A DNA stretch of 64,000 nucleotides. It comes from a virus (lineage: Duplodnaviria; Caudoviricetes). A program made the position numbers and the translations under genes. The notes below the pieces were generated by a model. The model saw only the letters and a program-made list of their open reading frames with translations, made no database searches and had not been told where the DNA came from. Positions 38,706 through 48,904 of this stretch are shown here, piece by piece. Position 1 is the first letter of the stretch, and every line of letters begins with the position of its first letter. The DNA lies in the IMG/VR virus record IMGVR_UViG_3300014205_000172, positions 32,001-96,000 of that record, one strand, 5' to 3'.

Positions 38706-40871
38706 ATGGCAATTCTTTATAAAAAGGATTGGGAGAAATACCCAACCGCTGTTGCAAACGTTTATTCAGCAAACGAATCTTGGGTCCAAATGGCGTTTAA
38801 GCTTAAAGCCATGGGGGTACAGAACTGGGAGTGGTCACTTGCTTTAATCCAACCACAATTAGTGGGTGTTGATATCTGGTCTACTGAACTGACCCTCAAT
38901 CAGAAAATCATGATTCTGAACGAGTGTGAATGGAACCCATGGTTCGTATTGCGCGAAGTCATGCGAGTCCCTGCTAAGTCAGGTGGTGGCACTGGGTACT
39001 TGGGAGCAAACCGGGGTAACCTGGCATTGTTCTGGTGTTTCTTTAACTCATTCATGGTCTATCTGCAACAGATCCGTCAGACGGGTAAATCCCTGAACGT
39101 GCGTATCCTCGTTGTGGCATGGCACACCTTCTGGGCTCGTGGTGCCCAGCACATCCTCTTCACCAAGAGTGACTTGCGGGTTGAAGAGATTAAGGAATAC
39201 AAACTGATCCGTAGTTTCATTCCTTCATGGATGTGGGAACAGCACCCTAAAGATTCTGATAACCAAACAGCTTTTACAACACTGTCACGCGGCAATAGCA
39301 CCAAAACTTACATCCCTACCATGGAAGAAGAGAACGCCAACAAAGTGGGGCGTGGTACAACCCCTACTCTGGTGACGACGGACGAAGGTCCCTTCTTGAA
39401 GCATGCCAGGATCTCGGTGGTATCACTCCTGTCTGCCACGGGTGCATCGTTTCGTGAAGCTGAAGCAAAAGGCGCCATGTTTGGTGTTATCTTTACAACA
39501 ACAGCGGGTGACTTGTCGACGGAGTCTGGTAAGTACTTCTACAACAAGATCAAACGTCTGTCGATGCACTTCTCTGAGTTTCTGTACGATAGCGCTAACC
39601 GTGAAGAGGCCATTGCTATCATCTTGGCTAACGGGGCTCGTGAAGAACCTCGTGTGGACATCACCTTCAGCCACCGTCAACTCGGCATTGAAGATGATGA
39701 CCTGCGTAAAATGATTGCACGGGCATCGGGTGAGATTGACCAGACCAAACGTGACTACCTGAACCAATGGACATTCGGTAGTGCTGCTAACCCAATCCCA
39801 CCTCAGGTCCTTGAACAGATCCGTCGTGGCATCAACGATCAGGTACTCACTCAACAGGACCCTAAGAACTACTTCAGTATTCGTTTTCACTTACCGCCTA
39901 GTGAAGTGGCTGCTCGCTGCAGCGTCTTGGGTATGGATACCTCGAACGCCATTGGTCGAGATGCCATCTCTGGCATTTTGACATGTGTAGAGACAGGCGA
40001 AACACTGGCAGCATGGACCGTCAGTGAATCTAACCTGAGTATCTTCACCATGTGGCTGGCCGGCTTGTTTGAAATGTGGCCGATGATGACCATGATTCCT
40101 GAAGCTAGGTCCTCGTGGGATGGTATTCGTGACCGTCTGTTGATCGAACTGCCTCTGCGCGGCATCGACCCAGGTCGTCGTATTTACAGTCGGGTTGTTG
40201 ACGACTCTGAAAACAGTGACATGGACCGCCGTCGTTTCAGAGAGTATTCTCAAGGTTCGCCTTCTGAGCGTAAATACGCACCGTTCCGTAATCAGTTTGG
40301 TTTCCCTACCTCGGCTTCTTTGCGAGATACGCTGTACGGGGAAATCTTGCGTGAGGCTACGCGCCATGGCCCTACGTTGATCCGTGACCAGCTATTGGTG
40401 GATGAGTTGTCGAGTCTTGTAATGAAACGTGGTCGTATTGACCACGCGGCTTCCGGACACGATGACCATGTAATCTCATGGCTGATGAATCAATGGTTCT
40501 TGCGATATGCCCGTAACTACGATCACTACGGTATCTCTTCGAGGTCTGTATTGTCGAGGTTGCGTCAAGCGGCTATTGCGCACGATCCAAAAGAAACATC
40601 TAAAATGATGCGTCAGGAAAAAATCAAGCGTCAGATTGTGGAGCTTGAAGGACGTATGGAAAATGCTAAGTCGGCTATGGAAGCGGCTTACTACAGCAAC
40701 CGTTTGAAATCTATTCGTTCTGAATTGGTTGAAGACGATAGCATTCCGATCGACAGTGTGGATAGCGCAGCAGAGCGTGGACGTGAGTCCCGGATCAGTA
40801 ACGCGAAAGAGAAATACCGCGGTGGTTCTCTGGCAGAGCAAATCCGCCAGGGTCTCAATACTCGCAGATAA
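38706..40871 (+). CDS. terL: terminase large subunit
   Basis: Walker A QIRQTGKS, Walker B LVTTDEGPF, coupling motif FTTTAG, nuclease motifs LGMDTS and HDDHVISW. Confidence 0.93.
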   Translation: MAILYKKDWEKYPTAVANVYSANESWVQMAFKLKAMGVQNWEWSLALIQPQLVGVDIWSTELTLNQKIMILNECEWNPWFVLREVMRVPAKSGGGTGYLGANRGNLALFWCFFNSFMVYLQQIRQTGKSLNVRILVVAWHTFWARGAQHILFTKSDLRVEEIKEYKLIRSFIPSWMWEQHPKDSDNQTAFTTLSRGNSTKTYIPTMEEENANKVGRGTTPTLVTTDEGPFLKHARISVVSLLSATGASFREAEAKGAMFGVIFTTTAGDLSTESGKYFYNKIKRLSMHFSEFLYDSANREEAIAIILANGAREEPRVDITFSHRQLGIEDDDLRKMIARASGEIDQTKRDYLNQWTFGSAANPIPPQVLEQIRRGINDQVLTQQDPKNYFSIRFHLPPSEVAARCSVLGMDTSNAIGRDAISGILTCVETGETLAAWTVSESNLSIFTMWLAGLFEMWPMMTMIPEARSSWDGIRDRLLIELPLRGIDPGRRIYSRVVDDSENSDMDRRRFREYSQGSPSERKYAPFRNQFGFPTSASLRDTLYGEILREATRHGPTLIRDQLLVDELSSLVMKRGRIDHAASGHDDHVISWLMNQWFLRYARNYDHYGISSRSVLSRLRQAAIAHDPKETSKMMRQEKIKRQIVELEGRMENAKSAMEAAYYSNRLKSIRSELVEDDSIPIDSVDSAAERGRESRISNAKEKYRGGSLAEQIRQGLNTRR

Positions 40872-40873
40872 CA

Positions 40874-40908
40874 GCATACAGCCCGGCCGCAATGGCCGGG
40901 CTGTATGT
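40874..40908. repeat. CATA-stem-GCAAT-stem-TATG palindrome at a convergent junction
   Basis: GCATACAGCCCGGCC-GCAAT-GGCCGGGCTGTATGT. Confidence 0.85.
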
Positions 40909-40912
40909 CGCT

Positions 40913-42133
40913 TCATGCACGCCAGCGGTGCATTGTCCAGGTACGCATCAGGATGTAAAGCAAGACCGCATTACGCACAGCCTTGATCAGCACATCGTTC
41001 TTTGACCGGATGGCATTAGATACAACACCTTCTGTCAACTCACGCAGTTCCATGATCATTGGGTTGGTTGTACGACTTGCCTGATACAAAGCTTTCATCT
41101 TACGCAGCAAGCCAGGAACATCGCTCTTGGATTGCATGGTCGTAGGGTTTTTTGCCAAGTAGTCAAAGGCATGTTGCAAAACCAGCTCACAGATGCGTGT
41201 AACGCGCTTGTCGGCGCGAACAGATGAGTTCTCGGACATGTACGTCAATGTGGTCACCAACGCGCTACGCGGCATTGTAGTGACCGCACTGGCAATCAGA
41301 TCAACCATCTCAGGGATGATGAAGCTGTTCTTATCAGGTACTGTGTCCAAGATGTAACGAATGTACTTGCTGGACAGTCGACTTTTATCACGGATCTTTA
41401 ACTCACCATCAAGTTCAATGGTAGAGCCAGAGTTTCTGATTTGCAACTCAGGGGAGTTTTTAACCATCTCGAACACATCACGCACGTTCTTGATGATGTC
41501 CTTGATACGTCCTTGAATGTCGTTGGACATGTAATCGATTTTGTCAGTGAACGAAATCAGGTTCTTATAATGCAACCCGCCTTTTCTGACAATGTCATCC
41601 GCCCGTTGCCGAAGCAGACCGCCCCAGGTGCCAGCAACCTTCAGACCAAACCGATTGTTCAATGCAGCGTACGTTGCCTCTGCAATAGCCAGGTCGGCAT
41701 CGTATTTAAAGAAGTGAGTCATGATCGACGTCATGTGCTTATACTGCAACACCAGCGCTGATTCAAACGCACCGTGCTGACGATCCTCCTCGTTAAGCTT
41801 ATCGCTAGTGAGGAACCTGTGAATCATGTACAGACACGACATGTTGAAGACATCAGACGAAACGTGACGGTGGGTCACTACTTCAGGAAGTGCATGCAGC
41901 TCATCCTCCAAGTAATGCTCATCAACTTCCATCACTTCATCAAACCATCGGTTGCGATCCTCGTCTTTAAAACGAATAGGATGAACCCCCATGAGGTTCC
42001 CGCCGAAGAATGCAATGTGGGATTCGTTTTTAGTAGCAAACCGCTGTTCGTATTCCTCAACTTTTTTGAGTAGTTTCTTGTCAAAGACTAGATGGGAACA
42101 GTGGCGATCAAATACGCTTTTGATGGTATCCAT
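40913..42133 (-). CDS. conserved jumbo-phage protein (406 aa; phiKZ gp32-like, probably virion-associated)
   Basis: HIAFFGGNLMGVHPIRF motif remembered from phiKZ-like core proteins; convergent with the terminase. Confidence 0.6.
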   Translation of the reverse strand: MDTIKSVFDRHCSHLVFDKKLLKKVEEYEQRFATKNESHIAFFGGNLMGVHPIRFKDEDRNRWFDEVMEVDEHYLEDELHALPEVVTHRHVSSDVFNMSCLYMIHRFLTSDKLNEEDRQHGAFESALVLQYKHMTSIMTHFFKYDADLAIAEATYAALNNRFGLKVAGTWGGLLRQRADDIVRKGGLHYKNLISFTDKIDYMSNDIQGRIKDIIKNVRDVFEMVKNSPELQIRNSGSTIELDGELKIRDKSRLSSKYIRYILDTVPDKNSFIIPEMVDLIASAVTTMPRSALVTTLTYMSENSSVRADKRVTRICELVLQHAFDYLAKNPTTMQSKSDVPGLLRKMKALYQASRTTNPMIMELRELTEGVVSNAIRSKNDVLIKAVRNAVLLYILMRTWTMHRWRA

Positions 42134-42174
42134 TAGTATCTCGGCTATAGAAGAGGCCTACTGGTGCTCACAAG

Positions 42175-42206
42175 ATAGAGTTAAAAACAACTGAGTAATA
42201 CATAAT
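42175..42206 (+). promoter_or_regulatory. putative phage early promoter, copy 5
   Basis: ATAGAGTTAAAAACAACTGAGTAATACATAAT, at the head of the 42-49 kb island. Confidence 0.6.
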
Positions 42207-42236
42207 CGATGGGTAACCTACGCAGGAGACTGTACC

Positions 42237-42425
42237 ATGATGGCTGTAAGAATACAGGTGGGTGAGCAACACAGGCTCCGTAATGGAGAGGATGAGGATT
42301 GCGATAAGTGTGAATGCAGGGCCGTTGTGCGACTTACAGAAGCTACTCCTAATGGAGCTACTTACGGGTTTTATTGCAAGGATTGTCTTGAAGATGTAAT
42401 CGAGAAACAAAAACAAACTTCTTAA
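42237..42425 (+). CDS. small CxxC...CxxC zinc-binding protein (62 aa)
   Basis: AGGAG SD; CDKC and CKDC. Confidence 0.7.
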   Translation: MMAVRIQVGEQHRLRNGEDEDCDKCECRAVVRLTEATPNGATYGFYCKDCLEDVIEKQKQTS

Positions 42426-42446
42426 ATAGTAAAGGGAAATTGTATC

Positions 42447-43103
42447 ATGACTGGTGTAACCGAACGTAAAGGCTCTATTCATTGCCGATCCTCGTTTTCC
42501 ATCGTCAAGCACATGCTGGCTGATTGTGCGCAATCCTTCCGCTCTGATCTTGATGGAACCGATGAGCGTTTCAAAGACCTTGGCTACGACGCGGTACCTA
42601 TCACTGACATCGAATACGAACAACAAATGGTCAAAGCCATCGGCGAAGACCAGGTATCGGCCGAGGAGTTCACTCGAATGCTGCGAGGTGAGCACAGCCC
42701 AATCGTCATGGGCTTGTCAACACCTCGTGTCACCGCTGTAGTCGAATGTGAAGAACCTACGACTGACTATCAAAAGAAAGTGGCTGTCGACACTGATCGT
42801 GTAACCGTCGGTTTGTACTACATGCCGCTACAAACCTGGTCTGATGCCGATTCCATTCTTACTTATTTTGGCATCCTCAATGGCTTGACGCCTAAAGAGT
42901 TTGCTAAAGAGAAACAATGCGAGCTGTATCAAATAATGCTCGATAAAGCCATTCATCTGTTCATCACTGAAGATCGTGCGTTTGTGGTGCAGTTGAAACG
43001 TCGTGGCTGCTGCCCGAACTGGCTGGCCAAGAAGCCTATCGCCGATACAGAAATGGCAATTACACTGCCAAGTGGTAACCGAGTCGTATTTGACGATTTC
43101 TAA
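42447..43103 (+). CDS. hypothetical protein (218 aa)
   Basis: ORF in a co-directional run. Confidence 0.75.
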   Translation: MTGVTERKGSIHCRSSFSIVKHMLADCAQSFRSDLDGTDERFKDLGYDAVPITDIEYEQQMVKAIGEDQVSAEEFTRMLRGEHSPIVMGLSTPRVTAVVECEEPTTDYQKKVAVDTDRVTVGLYYMPLQTWSDADSILTYFGILNGLTPKEFAKEKQCELYQIMLDKAIHLFITEDRAFVVQLKRRGCCPNWLAKKPIADTEMAITLPSGNRVVFDDF

Positions 43104-43118
43104 AAGAGAGACGGCATC

Positions 43119-43583
43119 ATGGAAAGCTTAACTATTGCAGGCTTCACACTACATGAACAAGTGGTGGGCGAACCTGTTGCCTCAAACGTGTTGACACGTC
43201 CTGGGGTCATTGTGATGCGTGATATCGAGACTGGGCTATATGCTGTCTCGGATACTCCTGATCTAAAATGGGCGCTGAACATGCTCACCCAGGGTCAGAA
43301 TTTTAACAAAGTCTTTGTTCACAAATACCATAAAGATGCAGCGAAGAAAGTGCGAGTCTGGTACCTCCAGATCAAGCAAACTGGTTTGTCGAAAGACTTT
43401 CAGCTCACGCGCAATCATTGCCGTATTGCTCTGTTGGGTGAGCTAGCACCGCCCGGTCAGAACGAAGGTGTGTTTAACAAAGTCAAGGCGATCCGCGCAA
43501 AGAACCCGAAGGCGTATGAACGTCTGGTGCGTTACATCACTTGCCTGCCTGCCCGTATGGAGCGTGCCCATGCCCAAGATTGA
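43119..43583 (+). CDS. hypothetical protein (154 aa)
   Basis: ORF in a co-directional run. Confidence 0.7.
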   Translation: MESLTIAGFTLHEQVVGEPVASNVLTRPGVIVMRDIETGLYAVSDTPDLKWALNMLTQGQNFNKVFVHKYHKDAAKKVRVWYLQIKQTGLSKDFQLTRNHCRIALLGELAPPGQNEGVFNKVKAIRAKNPKAYERLVRYITCLPARMERAHAQD

Positions 43584-43938
43584 TAAGGACATGCTCATCT
43601 TCCCTCGCAACTTTGACAAGGGTCGGTTGAAGCCAGAAGATGCCTCCGGGTATGAGTTCACACCGGAGGACTCTGTTATTATCGGACAGTACCTGTTGTT
43701 CCTTAAGGGGAAGGTCTACGTTCCGGTAGTTGTCATGTACCGTTGGCTTGGCGAGCTGTTTGAAAAGCTGCCGCATATTGAGCGGACTGTGCTATATCGA
43801 ATGGCTGGTGAAGTAATGGGGTATCACGGCTGGCGGCCGATGCTTCATCGTAAATGCACGTACGAGTTCAATCAGAACCGCCGGCACAAGCAATACCGCG
43901 CCACGAAAGATAAGCGCGCTAAAACCGAACACGCTTAA
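43570..43938 (+). CDS. hypothetical protein (122 aa; basic C-terminus)
   Basis: Start moved to ATG 43570 after GGAG. Confidence 0.7.
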   Translation: MPKIDKDMLIFPRNFDKGRLKPEDASGYEFTPEDSVIIGQYLLFLKGKVYVPVVVMYRWLGELFEKLPHIERTVLYRMAGEVMGYHGWRPMLHRKCTYEFNQNRRHKQYRATKDKRAKTEHA

Positions 43939-43968
43939 CATCCTACCTTTTGAACATGGAGTAACACC

Positions 43969-44691
43969 GTGAAATATTTGTCCGAAGCTGACCGTAAACT
44001 TTTCCAACAACACCGCACCTGGGAACAGCGTCCTCTGACCAAGTCGGAGCGTGTGATCACTGAAGCGCTGGTCTTCAGCAAGATGACCAATACCTCCGAC
44101 GATGAACATTTCGTCATGAAGGAACTGATCCACAATACCTTCGGTCATATGTTCGAGCGCCGTAACCTCATCATCGCCGCCCTGAAAGATCCAGTGGCGA
44201 TGGATAAAGTGCTGACCCTGTACCCGTACGTACTGTCGGCATACCTGCATGCCAATACGCCAGAAACTAGCATGTTGTCCGCAGCATTGCGTGGCGTCAG
44301 TGATGAGCAGATGGACCACATGAAGGCCTGGTTCAACCACTTCATCGGTGCTATGTCGATGATTCCCAAGTTCGACATTCCGTACCTCGTGTACAGCGGT
44401 CAGGGTCCAGATCGCCCAAACAACAACACACGTAACCCAGAAAACAAGCAGGAGGCGCTCTGGGGTGTCGCGGTTAACCCAACTGCGCAGAAAACGTTTA
44501 CCGAACTGTTCGGCTATCGCAAGGCACATTACTTCAAAGCAATCTTTGATTGCAAGTTGCACAAGGATAAAGCCTTCGCAGCTCAAGTCGAGATCGACAT
44601 CGACGAAGTTAGTTATCCGGGCCTGCAGCATGTTCCAACCATCGTGGTTAACTACCGCGGTCACAAGGCGACGTTCTTCACCGGTGGGTAA
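43969..44691 (+). CDS. hypothetical protein (240 aa)
   Basis: GTG start after GGAG. Confidence 0.8.
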   Translation: MKYLSEADRKLFQQHRTWEQRPLTKSERVITEALVFSKMTNTSDDEHFVMKELIHNTFGHMFERRNLIIAALKDPVAMDKVLTLYPYVLSAYLHANTPETSMLSAALRGVSDEQMDHMKAWFNHFIGAMSMIPKFDIPYLVYSGQGPDRPNNNTRNPENKQEALWGVAVNPTAQKTFTELFGYRKAHYFKAIFDCKLHKDKAFAAQVEIDIDEVSYPGLQHVPTIVVNYRGHKATFFTGG

Positions 44692-44770
44692 TCTGCAAAT
44701 ACCCCAGCGGTGAATTTAAAATAACCCGCGCCACCATTTTGTTCGCCATAAGACAACTAAGGATTCAAGC

Positions 44771-45784
44771 ATGTACCCAATTGGTAACGTAAAAGAAAAC
44801 GGTCTGTTCGCACTGGGCGGTCAGGTTCTGCGCGCTGTCAAGGATTTCAACTTCTACGTTGAATATGCGCAGTTCGTTGGTAACACTCCGGACTTCACCC
44901 AGGAGTCTGTAAAGCTCTGGGTTGAAACGCTGGGTTCCCTTCTGGAACGTACCGAGAAAAATGTGAACGAGTACCACTCGCTCACTGATCGTCAACAGCA
45001 GGATATCGATTTCAACTTCAACGGCGAACGTATGCCGACTGTTGCGGCGTTGGAGTTTGTCCAGAAGGTGTTTCCGAACATTGCCGACTTCATCGACCCG
45101 TACCAGATCGCCACAATCGCCAGCCATCTGGACATGGTCCTCACCCTCGGTTCAGTTCACGAACTGCTGACGGCTCTGGCCACCCAGGAATGCCCAAACC
45201 CGCAGGTCATGACCAATGCACTCAGCGAGCTGGTCATCGCCATCAACCTCCCGCTGATGGAAGAAGAACAAAAGCGCATCATCGCTGAGCATGGCTATGC
45301 TATTTCGCCAGTGTGCGGTGAAAAGGTGAACTATGCATTCACCATCTCCGGCGGTACCGCATTCGGTACCGAACTGCTGTGCGTGCAAGGTAAAGCCGAT
45401 CCGGATCTGATCTGTTCCCTGATAGGTTGCGTGATTGCACTGCTCCAGGAAGGTAAACAGGTTCTGGATATCGACGACACCATCGCTACGATGAAAGATG
45501 GCAGCGAAATGCGATACCTCCTGATCAAGGCTGATCCGATCCTCGCTATTGCCGAGTTGGGCGAGTTGGGTTCTATCAAGGCCGGCAGTCCGCTGGTTCA
45601 GCTGGTAGTCGCTGACATCAACAACCTCCTGCCTGGCGAAGAAGGTTACGACAGCGTGAACTTCTATCAGCCGGTGTTCGAGCTGAAAGAAGAAACTGCT
45701 GACGAAGTCCAGAAAGAAGACATCGTCGAATCGGCTGAGTCCATCGCTGCGCGCGCAGAAGCTGAAGCGGTCAAAGATGTCTGA
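44771..45784 (+). CDS. two-domain protein with C-terminal DUF4262-like domain (337 aa)
   Basis: TAAGGA SD; IIAEHGYAISPV...YAFTI...ELLCV...LVQLVVAD...LPGEEGYD matches the remembered DUF4262 pattern. Confidence 0.6.
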   Translation: MYPIGNVKENGLFALGGQVLRAVKDFNFYVEYAQFVGNTPDFTQESVKLWVETLGSLLERTEKNVNEYHSLTDRQQQDIDFNFNGERMPTVAALEFVQKVFPNIADFIDPYQIATIASHLDMVLTLGSVHELLTALATQECPNPQVMTNALSELVIAINLPLMEEEQKRIIAEHGYAISPVCGEKVNYAFTISGGTAFGTELLCVQGKADPDLICSLIGCVIALLQEGKQVLDIDDTIATMKDGSEMRYLLIKADPILAIAELGELGSIKAGSPLVQLVVADINNLLPGEEGYDSVNFYQPVFELKEETADEVQKEDIVESAESIAARAEAEAVKDV

Positions 45785-46067
45785 GGAAGTTTTCTCACGA
45801 GAACATCCCGTTGCCAGTCAGCTCATTTGGGTAAACTCCAGTGAGCTGACATCGGGCCAGCTTTTAGTCCCAGTTGTCGATACGTGGAAGCTTATCGAAG
45901 AAGGTACTGAAGAAGGTTCGATTGCGGCAGTCAGTCAAGTAACCGGTGTACATCTGCCTTTTACGCCCGGTGTGGTGAAGAAACAGAATCTGAAGATCGG
46001 TGACATCGTGGAAGTGCGCGAAGGTCCTGAACGTAAGGATGATGTCGTGTCTGTTATTCGAAGCTAA
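45777..46067 (+). CDS. hypothetical protein (96 aa)
   Basis: Overlaps the upstream stop; followed by a hairpin and T-run. Confidence 0.65.
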   Translation: MSEEVFSREHPVASQLIWVNSSELTSGQLLVPVVDTWKLIEEGTEEGSIAAVSQVTGVHLPFTPGVVKKQNLKIGDIVEVREGPERKDDVVSVIRS

Positions 46068-46133
46068 TAGCTAAGGCGCGGTCCTCAGGGATCGTGCTTT
46101 ATGCCCTTTCTTTTTAAGACCTAAGGAGGTCAC

Positions 46134-46226
46134 ATGCTCTCTTTTATTGGCGGTATCGTACTGGTAATCCTGGCACTGCGTGGCTTGGTTGCATTCATTG
46201 GAGACTTCAGTCGGAGTAAGAACTGA
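46134..46226 (+). CDS. 30-aa hydrophobic peptide (not in the ORF track)
   Basis: Perfect SD TAAGGAGGT; MLSFIGGIVLVILALRGLVAFIGDFSRSKN; flanked by terminator-like hairpins. Confidence 0.65.
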   Translation: MLSFIGGIVLVILALRGLVAFIGDFSRSKN

Positions 46227-46254
46227 TGTAATGGAAGACTAATCAATCTTTACG

Positions 46255-46296
46255 GACGGGCGTCTTCGGACGCCTGTTCTTATGTTTCTTTTTTAT
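46255..46296 (+). terminator. intrinsic terminator
   Basis: GACGGGCGTC-TTCG-GACGCCTGTT, then TATG and a T-run. Confidence 0.75.
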
Positions 46297-46313
46297 TATC
46301 TTAGGGGTATGTC

Positions 46314-47111
46314 ATGATCGGATTCACTAAACAACAGTTGGCGGAATTCCTACAGAACGCTCCGCGCGAAATCAACGAAAGTAAGCTCAAGCCGTTTATT
46401 CTGGCAGCGGTGTTGAATAAAGCGGTATCTACACCCGGCAGCACGTTTGCGATTTCCAGCGACCGTGACGATAAGCGTGGGAGGCAGCACCTCATCACTG
46501 GGTTTTCGGTGAAGCTCGTTAAAGAACGCGACTACATCATCGAAGTGGCAGTTGATGCTGTTGATGTTGATGGTACAGTTGGGTTCTTTCAAGACCGTCA
46601 TGGTGCGTTTACAGTAAGCTCGCCAATGTCAGAAATCTCGGCTGGTGCAAGTCGTCATAGTCGTGGCTACTCGTACGGGTTCAACATCACGGCGCAATTG
46701 CTGTTGCTGCCTATGCTGATAGAGTTCGAAACGATGTTCGCCGAACTTCAACTGTCCGGGTATCGTGGCTCATACGTGCCAGCAAAACCTCTGGTCGAGC
46801 ATCAGATCTATTTCCTTGATCGTGAAAGCGATGGTGAGCCGTGGTCGTTTGGTGAGCCTGTGTTGCTTATCAAGCAGATCGACACCGTCCACATCGAACA
46901 CGGGCGCATCTGTGACTGCTATACGGCCAATAACCGCTGGTTCCATAGCTCTGAGCTGTTTACCGTCGATCAGCTCGTAGAGCGCCGTAGCCAGCCCTTC
47001 CGCAGTGCTTCGCGTCCAGATGTTGAGCGAACCCCACCGCCCGCTATCTTTGCCGATGTGATAGCTGCCTACAAAACAGCACATGCGCCAAAAGAAGGAC
47101 CGAAAGAATGA
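46314..47111 (+). CDS. hypothetical protein (265 aa)
   Basis: AGGGG SD-like sequence; clean ORF. Confidence 0.75.
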   Translation: MIGFTKQQLAEFLQNAPREINESKLKPFILAAVLNKAVSTPGSTFAISSDRDDKRGRQHLITGFSVKLVKERDYIIEVAVDAVDVDGTVGFFQDRHGAFTVSSPMSEISAGASRHSRGYSYGFNITAQLLLLPMLIEFETMFAELQLSGYRGSYVPAKPLVEHQIYFLDRESDGEPWSFGEPVLLIKQIDTVHIEHGRICDCYTANNRWFHSSELFTVDQLVERRSQPFRSASRPDVERTPPPAIFADVIAAYKTAHAPKEGPKE

Positions 47112-47515
47112 AGAACTGCAAATACCGTATTACCAACCTCATGGAAGGTAATGTCATTCAAAACTACAACTTCGTTCCGGCCAGGGATGATTTTGATATC
47201 GCCATCTTTACAGAAGCGGAGTATCTGGAAAAGATGAATCACGATCCAGACGCTGCCGAACTGCACAATTACGCTATTCTGCAGGCTATCATTAAAAGCC
47301 TTTCTGAAATGTCTGATCTTGCGACTACACGGTTTAAACTTGAACTGTTGGGCGAAGTGGAAGATTACGACCATCTTGCCTTTGCGGTTCTTTGCCGCAA
47401 CTTCCTGTGTGGCTTCGACGACACTACGACGGTCCCGCCCGAGATGTACGAGTTTAACAAAGAAGACAAATGCTTCTATCTTGGTATGGCCCAGGTACCG
47501 CGTACGCTTCACTAA
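47108..47515 (+). CDS. hypothetical protein (135 aa)
   Basis: ATGA overlap with the upstream gene; AAGGA SD. Confidence 0.75.
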   Translation: MKNCKYRITNLMEGNVIQNYNFVPARDDFDIAIFTEAEYLEKMNHDPDAAELHNYAILQAIIKSLSEMSDLATTRFKLELLGEVEDYDHLAFAVLCRNFLCGFDDTTTVPPEMYEFNKEDKCFYLGMAQVPRTLH

Positions 47516-47533
47516 GACCTAAGGGGGTCAGTC

Positions 47534-48367
47534 GTGTTTAAGAAGATCATTGCTTTCTTTAAGCAAAAGCTTGAGGAAGAACGTACGCACAAAGAAGGGA
47601 TGAAAAAACGTGATCGGATTTGTTCTGATCTTCACCGCATGCATTATTCGCGACATTACCACCACAGCTTCATTAAGGTAACCGCTGGTGGAGTTACAGG
47701 CGGTGAGTGCTTAGAGGGCATTGTTTGTTATGCCGACCCGCACAACTCAACCATCGATATCTTGACCCCGAGTGGGCTTGTGGCGCACCTAGATCTGATG
47801 GAGCGCGAATACTCGGTTGTCTGGAATTATCAACGTGAGGACGTGATTCACTACAACGAGGATAACTGGGTTAAATATCAGTCATGGTGTGACCGCATAG
47901 GTGAGCTGGACAAAGAGGCCGGATTAGCGCTGTTTGCAAACAAAGCCGGCGGCGTTAATACTCAGCCGCTGTTCTGGCCGGAGAACTACGCCGAATTGGA
48001 AATGCCACGGACTAGGTGGCATGTTTACATTGTCGGCTATAACGCGACTCCCGTCAAAACGCTCGAAGAGTTGAAAAACATCTATGCGGAACTCAAGCGT
48101 AAATCTCTGGCGCCCGTCAGGGAGTGGTACGACGTCAAGTTCCTTAATTCAAGAGCCCATCCTGAGCTGGCAGTAAGACTTGGCGGTTTGGTTAAACACA
48201 AAAATGGCACAGGTTCTAAGTTGGCTATCATGAAGTCTGAAGATGGCATTTGCGTAAGCGGTGGCGTCGTGTATGACCGCGTAGCGCTCAACCTGGATAC
48301 GGATGAGTTCGAATTGATCATGTCCTATCACTATCGTGAAGTGGGGGATCTGAGCGATCTGGGGTAG
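47534..48367 (+). CDS. hypothetical protein (277 aa)
   Basis: GTG start after TAAGGGGG. Confidence 0.75.
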   Translation: MFKKIIAFFKQKLEEERTHKEGMKKRDRICSDLHRMHYSRHYHHSFIKVTAGGVTGGECLEGIVCYADPHNSTIDILTPSGLVAHLDLMEREYSVVWNYQREDVIHYNEDNWVKYQSWCDRIGELDKEAGLALFANKAGGVNTQPLFWPENYAELEMPRTRWHVYIVGYNATPVKTLEELKNIYAELKRKSLAPVREWYDVKFLNSRAHPELAVRLGGLVKHKNGTGSKLAIMKSEDGICVSGGVVYDRVALNLDTDEFELIMSYHYREVGDLSDLG

Positions 48368-48397
48368 TTCTAAATCCATTTATTAGAGGACGTATAG

Positions 48398-48784
48398 ATG
48401 ACCAAGCGTGAAGTGTTGATCATTGCACAAAAGCAAGAAGACATGGATCATGTAAAGGCGGCATATCCGGAAATGGAGTTTGTCGACATTACTGAACTTT
48501 TGGATATTGCCAAATACCCAGGCTTAGCGAGAGCAGGGGTGGGTGCAGAACTGGCCAAACAAATGCCACTCGAAACCCATCTTCGGGTTGTGGCTATCAT
48601 GCCTAAGCAAGAGGATGAAGCGGATGATCAGTGGAAACAGCGCACTCTGATCCATCCTGTTCTGTCTACCGTAACGTGCGCGTTCGATCACGTCGTCAGT
48701 CTGACGCCTGAAGAGGCTCTGATTTACAAAGAGTACGCTGAAAAGGTAAAGCATCCCGATAACACCGGTGATGTGAAGCTGTAA
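48398..48784 (+). CDS. hypothetical protein (128 aa)
   Basis: GAGGA SD. Confidence 0.75.
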   Translation: MTKREVLIIAQKQEDMDHVKAAYPEMEFVDITELLDIAKYPGLARAGVGAELAKQMPLETHLRVVAIMPKQEDEADDQWKQRTLIHPVLSTVTCAFDHVVSLTPEEALIYKEYAEKVKHPDNTGDVKL

Positions 48785-48904
48785 CCGAGGCATCAATACA
48801 AGACTCTAGTCTGAGTCGCCTCATGGCAACACCTCACAAGGATGTGAGTAATAACCGGTGCGTAGTTCACGCTGCGCGCCACTTTATAAATCAACGAGGG
48901 GATT

